Source of the DNA: Eledone cirrhosa
Lineage: Eukaryota
Assembly: GCA_964016885.1 (NCBI GenBank)
Contig: OZ024755.1
Coordinates: forward strand, 8,060,001-8,124,000
Direction: 5' to 3'
DNA: 64,000 bases
Shown here piece after piece: positions 56,045 through 64,000 of the stretch. How positions within the stretch are numbered: position 1 is the first letter of the stretch; every line of letters begins with the position of its first letter. Position numbers and translations under genes: made by a program. The notes below the pieces were generated by a model. It saw only the letters and a program-made list of their open reading frames with translations, did not search any database and was not told the DNA's origin.

Positions 56045-56063
56045 GTATAATTGATTAACTTAC

Positions 56064-56345
56064 TGGTATCTGGTAATTGAGGTCCTGACCAATAGGGTAC
56101 TTGCCAAACTGGACGTTGTGCAGGAAATACCCTTGAGGGTAATAGATGTGGATACCATGTGTAAATTGGACGTGATGTCGTTGTAGGTTTGGGCGTAGTT
56201 GTTGGCGGTGCAGTCGCATTTGTAGTTGGTTGTGGTGTTGTTGTTGGTTCTGTTGTCGTTGTAGCAGCTGTTGTGGTAGTGGTAGGAGCAGGTGTTGTTG
56301 TTGTTGTTGTTGGCGGTGGTGGTGGTATTGTTGACTCTTCAATAC
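56064..56345 (-). CDS. Gene A exon: Thr/Pro-rich linker (IEESTIPPPPPTTTTTTPAP...RPIYTWYPHLLPSRVFPAQRPVWQVPYWSGPQLPDT)
   Basis: TTTCAG acceptor, A|GTAAGT donor; 282 nt, phase 1/1; the frame differs from the listed ORF 56055-56372. Confidence 0.85.
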
Positions 56346-57473
56346 CTGAAATTTAAACAAGAAAAAATACATATGTCAATATACCTATCCTATTATTCAA
56401 CAATATGAAGGCCTTCTGTCGTTTCTGACAACGAGTGTTCCAGTTGATTCAATTAACGAAACTGTCAGCTCGTGAAATTAAGATGTTAGTGGCTGAGCAT
56501 TCTACAGACACGTGCAGCCTTAATATAGTTCTCAGGGAGATTCACGGTGACACAATGTGTAACAAGGCTGCCCCTTGAATTACAGATACAACTAATTTTT
56601 TTCCATTATTACGTGGTCCATGAAATAAAGTACCAGTAACGCACTGGGGTCGATTTAATCAACTTTCCCTTCTCCCAAAATTGTTGGCATTGTACCTATA
56701 TCAGAAACCATAGCAGTATCGGTAGAGGGTCGGACACCATGCTTTGACGCATAGAGTTGCGGCCCTTGCCATTCTGAGTTCAAATCCCGCCGAGGTTAAC
56801 TTTGCCTTTCATCCATACAGGGTCGATAAAATAAAGTACCAGTAATGCACTGGGGTAATTAGAAGTAGAAACAATTATTACAAATATGAAAGAGGGCAGT
56901 GGCTTGGCAGAGTCATTATAACGTCGGACAAATGAATATTTCCCGGCTATTTACGTTCCGAGTTCAAATCCCGCCGAGGGCACCTTTGCGTTTTATTCTT
57001 CTACGGTCGAGGAAATAAAGTACCATTCAAATACTAAGGCTGACATTATCCACTTTCCCTTTTACACAAATTGCTGGCCTTGTGCTAAAAGTAGAAATTA
57101 TTAAACAATTATTACATATATCCAGTAGAGTAGAAAAACAAGCAAATCTACAGTAGCGACTGTGATGGACTTGCTTGCAAGGATTTTATTTTTACATTAC
57201 ATCTTTTATACAAGGAATAAAGAAGAATTGCGTTAACACATGAGGATCAGATAGGGGAAGCAACTTATCTTTGTTAGTTTTTTTAACCTTTCTTTAACGC
57301 ATATACGCACCACACAGATACATACACATGCACACTCACATATACAGACAGACTCGCGCACCAAACATTAAATCATGCCGATATTTCGATCTCAATGTAA
57401 ATCCATAATCAGGAAAAGACGATTTTTAAAAAATAATTTTAAAAAAATCATATTTCGCAAAAATATCTGCGTG

Positions 57474-57569
<96 letters not shown>

Positions 57570-58775
57570 ACTAGTATATGAATTATGTGTAGATTTCCTG
57601 TGGCATTATAGTCTCCGAATCAAATCAAATATAGAAATAATTTATCTCCCAAGGGAAATAACTTCTTGAAGCCAATTAAGTAAAACCTTCAAATGCAGCA
57701 CACCAGTATGGCCGCAGTCAAATAATTGAAATCAGTTATGGCATCAAATAATTAACGAAGCATCCAAAATAATATATGTATTTTTAATCATTTTGATATC
57801 AGCCCACCTTAAACTGCGCATGATTGTATGAAGAAAAATGTTTGTTTTAAAATGTTTATACCTAAATATAAACATTTCATTATAATTGTTTGCAATAAAT
57901 TTTTCTTAAGATGATTTAAATGCCAACTTAGTAATGAGGAAGTTTGTTAAATTACCATATCTCTTTAAACATTCGATTACCCAAAAGAATTTGTTAAAAA
58001 TCATGAGCTGTATAATACATTTATAATATAGAAGCTTTATCAGAGTTGCCTCCCATCAATTTTCAAACTCCAAGATACTGTCGATAAAAACGGACCTCCT
58101 TAAATATAAATTATATATTGTAGTGTCGTATTAAAAAAGGTTTATCAATCAGGTTTCGCCAGGACGTTAAAGTAATTAGTTAAATGTGCAGTACAAAAGC
58201 TAAAATTTATTAAATTAATTAATAACCGTTTATTAAAAAATTTGCAATGCTGTAGATTATTTATACGTTTAATTAAACCTTTCCAATACCAGATATTTAA
58301 AGTGAAAACACGGTCTAAGATTTTCAATTAATTTTGAAAGTCATCAAGAATTTTTGGTGGATACAATACCGTTTAGAATGCTTAAGCTGGGGTTTGAAAC
58401 AACAAAAGTATGATGGAAGTTTTAAATCTAAACATAAAAACACAAAAACAAATGACTATACAAAAACAAATGACTATGCCAGGATCAAGAGCGATTTGGG
58501 GGAGTTACCAGAAGGGTATAGCTGTTCTATAGAAATATCGTTACCACATATATCTTTTCGTTACCACGTGAAAACACGGCCTAAGGTTTTCAATTAATTT
58601 TGAAAATCATAATGAATTTTTATATAAGTGTTCTATAGAAGTATTAATACGTTTAACCTTTCCGTTAATAAGGTTTATAATCCTTAATCTGGTGTTTGGA
58701 ACTACAAAAGTATGATGGAAGTTTTAAATATAAATATAAACAAAGAAAAAAAATCGAAATATTTAAAATACTGAC

Positions 58776-59339
58776 TTTGACATGGTTGAAGGTGAAAGTT
58801 GTGGGCGATTTCTTCTAAAGCTGAATAGCTAACCACTTGGTAAACTCCAAGGATCGGATCGCTAGCAATTGATTTCAACTCATCGATCTCATAGCGATCC
58901 CCAACACCAATTGCATAAACGTTCACGCCAAGAGAATGTAGTTTTTCTGACTCTTCTTTAGTTAATATTGTATCACGTGATAGACCATCTGTGATGACAA
59001 TAGCTACAATTGGTCCATCGTGTCCCTTTGGATCGGAAATGATTTCCCGTCGAAGAAGATGTAAGGCAGAAGCTGTGTTCGTTAGTCCAGTACGGTACGG
59101 AATTTGGGAAATGGCGTCCTTCAAAGTAGCAATAGCTGTGTAACGATTTAGCGGAATATCTAAATGAGCAGTATCACTAAATGTGACAATACCGACTCGA
59201 ACTTGAGATTGCCCAGTGCCAATATCAAAGGTATCAACCACATTGCTCACAAATTTCAGTAACTGTTTGTAGTCTTGAATCCATATACTACTTGATGAAT
59301 CCAACAAGAAATATATATCTGCAGCCTTGCTGGAACATT
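58776..59339 (-). CDS. Gene A exon: von Willebrand factor A domain
   Basis: TTTCCAG acceptor, A|GTCAGT donor; 564 nt, phase 1/1; MIDAS DSSSS..TNT..ITDG; Cys at both domain ends; paralog of 33055-33606. Confidence 0.93.
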
Positions 59340-59941
59340 CTGGAAAGATAAATTTGTGATAGGAATGTTTTACGTCAAATATAAGTAGCAAAGATAGAAA
59401 AAGGATGGGCAAAGAATATTAATTATCTAACGTTATAGAATGAAGTCATCAAGACATACACACATATTTTATTATTTAGGAATTTACAATACAAAATTAT
59501 AGTTAATGTAATATATAATTATGTTATTGTGTGGTCCCGTTACTTCCGAGGGAGTCGTAGGGATGTTGTATTGAGATACGGCATATCTAGGGCAATTTTA
59601 AACCTGGTAGAAGCCCATCTCCACTCTAGGTCTGCATACAACAGATTTCTTCCAGAGAAGGATAGAACGAGTCACAGCAAGGAAGTGAGAAAGAGTTATA
59701 GAGGAAAATTCGACCCCAGTACTAGACTGGACTTTTTACCGACCTCTTAAAGGTAAAGTTGACCACGGCGAGATTTGAACTCAGAGAGCAGGGAGTCGGA
59801 ACGAATACCAGAAAGCATTATTTACGACGCTCTAACAACTCTGCCAATTCGCCACCTTATATATTATTGTGCATGGTCATAATTTATGGTAACATTTTCT
59901 AAAGTAATTTAAAACATCTAAAATATTTATGAAACTGTAGT

Positions 59942-60053
59942 GATTCCCTTGATAAGTTCATCTAGATCACTAACGTCCTAACACTACAGGTTTAGTTCGG
60001 ATCTAGCTGTCGAAACGGCCGGAGCTCAGCCGTCGGGGTCCTGACTCTTTTTC

Positions 60054-60056
<3 letters not shown>
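59942..60056 (+). mobile_element. Family-1-like hammerhead element with degenerate core and long stem II
   Basis: GATTCC-CTTGATAA..CTAGATC..GATCTAG..GAAA-CGGC..GCCG-TC-GGGGTC, followed by (TA)n. Confidence 0.45.
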
Positions 60057-60104
<48 letters not shown>

Positions 60105-60487
60105 ATAATAATAGATGTGAAGACTAAAATCCAAATGTTCCAGAAGATCCCGTTAAGGGTGAAAGCACCGATTCTTTGCTTAAACTTTAATATGTTATTA
60201 TATATATATATATACAATTCGCTATAACAACCAATGGACAAAGGCTCAGAACTAAATAACCCACAGATTTTAGATTCTTTCACTCTTTCCTTACACAGAT
60301 TTGGACATCCTGGAAATATATTTTGAGCTCTGCTTTTCTCCTCGTTAACAACCCATAAACAAAAGTTAATTACAATTTATTTTTTGGCTACTATCGTAAC
60401 AAAAATTTTAAAACGAAATTCTAATGTGAAACAATTTAGAAACACATGTAAGTTTTGTTATCAAGAAAATATCCCGCAACAAAAAAA

Positions 60488-60555
<68 letters not shown>

Positions 60556-63014
60556 AATATATATGTATAGAAACAAGTAACAACTTCCGTTTTGGAGGAT
60601 AAATGGAATTGTTTCTTCAGCATATTTTATAGTTTTTTACCTCCTTATAAAAGTTCTTAAATGTTAAGTTTGTGTGAGAAATATTTCTCTTATTTATATT
60701 TATATCTAATATTGTTAGATTTTACGTTTATATTTTTTTCTGCTTTTACCGCCGTTATCTTTTGATGTCTCAGCTGTTGCAGCACTTTAGTTGTTATTAA
60801 TATGTGCAGTGAATGGGAGAATCGCTAGAAATGTATTTAGTTTCTTTGTAGCATCTGCCTAGGTTAAGAAGTGTTCAGAGCTCAACTCCTGGTGATGTTG
60901 ACTGCCAATTTCATCATGGGGAGTCAAATTATTAGACTACATTTTCTGCCTATGTCAGAACTAATAATTGTTTCTACTTTTGGCACAAGGCCGGCAATTT
61001 AAAGGGCTGGAGAAAGTCGACAAATTCAACCCAGTGCATAACTGGTACTTTTTTTATCCGTGAGGATGAAATGCGTAGCTAACTCCGAGGAGATTTAAAC
61101 TCAGAATGTAAAAGGACGTAACTATATTCCACATAGCGTGTTGTCCGACGCTGTAGCGATACTGCCATTTCACTGAACTCATGTTAAAGATAAAAATAGT
61201 TTCTGATTTAGGCACAAGGCCAAACAGTTTGGTGAGGGAAGGCCTATTAAATCCACTTCAGTGCGTTACTGGTGGATCTTATCCGTTTCCATCTCTGAAT
61301 ACAGCTGATCATGAAGGGTTTTGAAGTTAGAGCGTACAAAGCTGGAACGAATAACGTAAAACCTTCTATTCCACGTTCAAGTGACAGTCAATTTGTTAAC
61401 ACTTCTGGAGAAACGAGAGTAGTTGCTGGTTACAAGGTTGTAGTAGTAAATATGGTGGCAAAATTGTCAAAATCCTAAAATCGGATTTGAAATAACACAT
61501 AAACAAACAAAACTAAATTGATAACCTATGCAAGACACGGGCATAAACATAAGTAGCCATGAAATTTGCTCGTTGCTTATTGTTTGCCGCGGGCTTACGA
61601 ATTACTGTTTAACAAAACGGGATAGGTCGCCATTTAATCTGATCAATAGAAAGACGCCACTATACATTGAAGCGACCCAATCTCTAAAATGGGACCCAAA
61701 GCAACAGCTTCGAGGACAGTGTTTCATTTCTCCGTCTCAGAAAAGTTAAAATGTTCGTGTTCTGCTGCCAGTTGGGATAGACATCAGCCAACACGCCTGT
61801 TATATACATGTAAACCCCTCCAGGCTAGACCATCCAAATCAGATGATCTGTCGCTCCTACAACTACCGCTTACCACCATTCGTATTTTAGCTGCGGATAT
61901 AGGTTTTTGCAGCACTCCATATCTTACAGCAAATGCCATGACAGGCCGTCCAAAATAGGCACTACCATCCTTATTCCACCGTTTGTTCCGAACACTTAAG
62001 CAAAGAGCTACTGGAAAAACAACCACCCATCTGTTGTCTCTTGTAAAGTATTGGTTGAGGAGTTTCTCTCTTCCACATTCGCTTAAGTATATTTTGAAAT
62101 TTCATTTTGATTTTCTCATTTTTATTTATAGTTTTTTTTTTATTGTTTGTCTTAAATATGTTTCTTCTATCTCATAGGTTTCCAGTTTTGACTTTACATT
62201 TCCTTTATGTATAGAGAATATTTTTGATTTTTCTTCATCTTTTCTAATTATACTTATCAGTTTCACTTTACTTGATTCTAAGTGTTTTTCTAGTCACACT
62301 GCTTTACTTTGAAGTTACATATAACCAACTCCACCCTCATTGTTTGAGAGATATGTCTATTTTATCTATAGCAGCTTTCCGGTGGCAACTGCGGAACCTT
62401 GTCAGTAGTTTCCTGTTTTTTTCTGTCAAAGTTCGTCAATTAATTTAAATTCCAGTTATGTTTTCTTGAAGCTGTATTTTATAACTCGGCTAGTGTATTC
62501 ATACCTATTGTCTTATTTCTAATAGTAAGTCAATTTTTTAATATTAGTTTGACTCTCCTGTTATACATTTTTCTAATTTTCTCTTTCACTCATACTCATG
62601 AGGCATCAGTTTAAACTAGTGATATCTCTAACACAGCATGATGCAGAATAAAGGCATGAATGAGCCCATAAACGAGGAGTTGTTGAAAAATTCCTGGCTT
62701 TGGGTAAAAAAATTACAAAATGATCAGTTAATTATGATTTTATTCAACATATTTCCCTCCCAGATTTACACACTTATTACAGCGGTCCTCCAGTCTTTCT
62801 AAGCCCCGTAAAAAGAATTCGGAAGGGTGGACACCCAACCAGGCCGCTGTGGCAGCGATCAAAATTGCTGGCCTTGTGCCTAAATCAGAAACCATTATTA
62901 CTATTATTATATGATGCAACCTTTGCTGATATTAAACAGGTTTTTACAAGTTTGAACCAATTCTTACTAAAATATAAATATTTAGTATAAAATACGAAGT
63001 GAACATTAACTTAC

Positions 63015-63036
63015 TTTTTTCTGCAAATGTCGTTCC
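63015..63036 (-). CDS. Gene A 22-nt microexon (GTTFAEK); signal-peptide exon not found, probably beyond the window
   Basis: T-rich tract and TGCAG acceptor, A|GTAAGT donor; phase 0/1, equivalent in position to gene B exon 2. Confidence 0.72.
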
Positions 63037-63968
63037 CTGCAAAAATCGAAAAAAATAAAAAAATGTTTTACATTTATATATATTAATACATTGAAGTACG
63101 TAAATGGTTAGTTTGTAAAAATAATGATCTCTTACTTAGAATTATGTATGTATTATCTTCAGGACCTCACCAGTCACTGACAACCATGGTTTTACACCTA
63201 GAAAGTTTCCCTCCGAGGAACAAGCCTGAGTAATGATTGTTTGTGGAAGACCAGAAGTCGACCATGCATACCAGTCTTCATTCTCCACTGCACCGATGTT
63301 GTACAATGGAAAGACTATGGCTGAAACAACTTGGCACCAGTACCTTGAAGCAATGCGAATTAGAGTGTCTTGATCAAGGACACAATGCGTTGTCTGGAAT
63401 CGAACCAAATACCTTACGTTCATGAGTCTAACGCCCTAACCACAAAGCCACGCGCCTTCACAAAGAATAATGTTAATACGCTTTAAATGTCAATGCACAT
63501 ACCACACACTATTATAATCTAGATAGCATCAAAATTAAACTCATTTTTTTCTATCCTAAACAACCCGTACCAACACCTACACACAACAATAAAGTATGTA
63601 AAACAACTTCTCTACAAACATCATAAAAACATCAACGAAAACCACATGGTAAACAATCTCCAGCCTCCTCACCCGCCGCTCCTCCTACTCTTTCTACTCC
63701 TATCCCCGCCCTCCGATCACCTGCCTATGCCCGTCACCCATCAACGTTACGAAGTTGCACATAAATCAACACAGCAACCATCAAGCATCTAAATTAAACG
63801 AACGAACAAACAAACAAATAAACTAATAAACAAGAGAGAACAAAAGCCAAACGAATCTGACGTATGTATGTATGTATGTATGTATGTATGTATGTATGTA
63901 TGTATGTATGTATGTATGTATGTATGTATGTATGTATGTACTTACGTACGTATCTAGGTATGTATGCA

Positions 63969-64000
<32 letters not shown>

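Noticed and set aside
56055-56372. Listed Gln/His-rich ORF
   Set aside because: Wrong frame given the phases of the flanking exons

Overview
AT-rich, microsatellite-dense eukaryotic DNA. The SINE content suggests an octopod cephalopod, which is inference only. The window holds three protein-coding loci. (1) A TMEM169-like gene with one coding exon (+, 6614-7303). (2) Gene B, a complete six-exon gene on the minus strand (38339->26652, 720 aa by my splice reconstruction): signal peptide, MIDAS-intact VWA domain, Thr/Pro-rich linker, acidic/Lys-rich linker, divergent VWA-like domain. (3) Gene A, its tandem paralog (63036->51610), for which I found no signal-peptide exon in the window. The rest is SINEs, LINE fragments, Tc1/mariner, hAT and piggyBac-type MITEs, and simple repeats. 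The most unusual non-coding signal is a set of short fold-back elements inserted in (TA)n that carry type-I hammerhead ribozyme motifs, resembling termini of Penelope-like elements. One element holds two complete, divergent ribozymes, and another ribozyme lies on the sense strand of a gene B intron. All calls were made by eye; no database searches were run.
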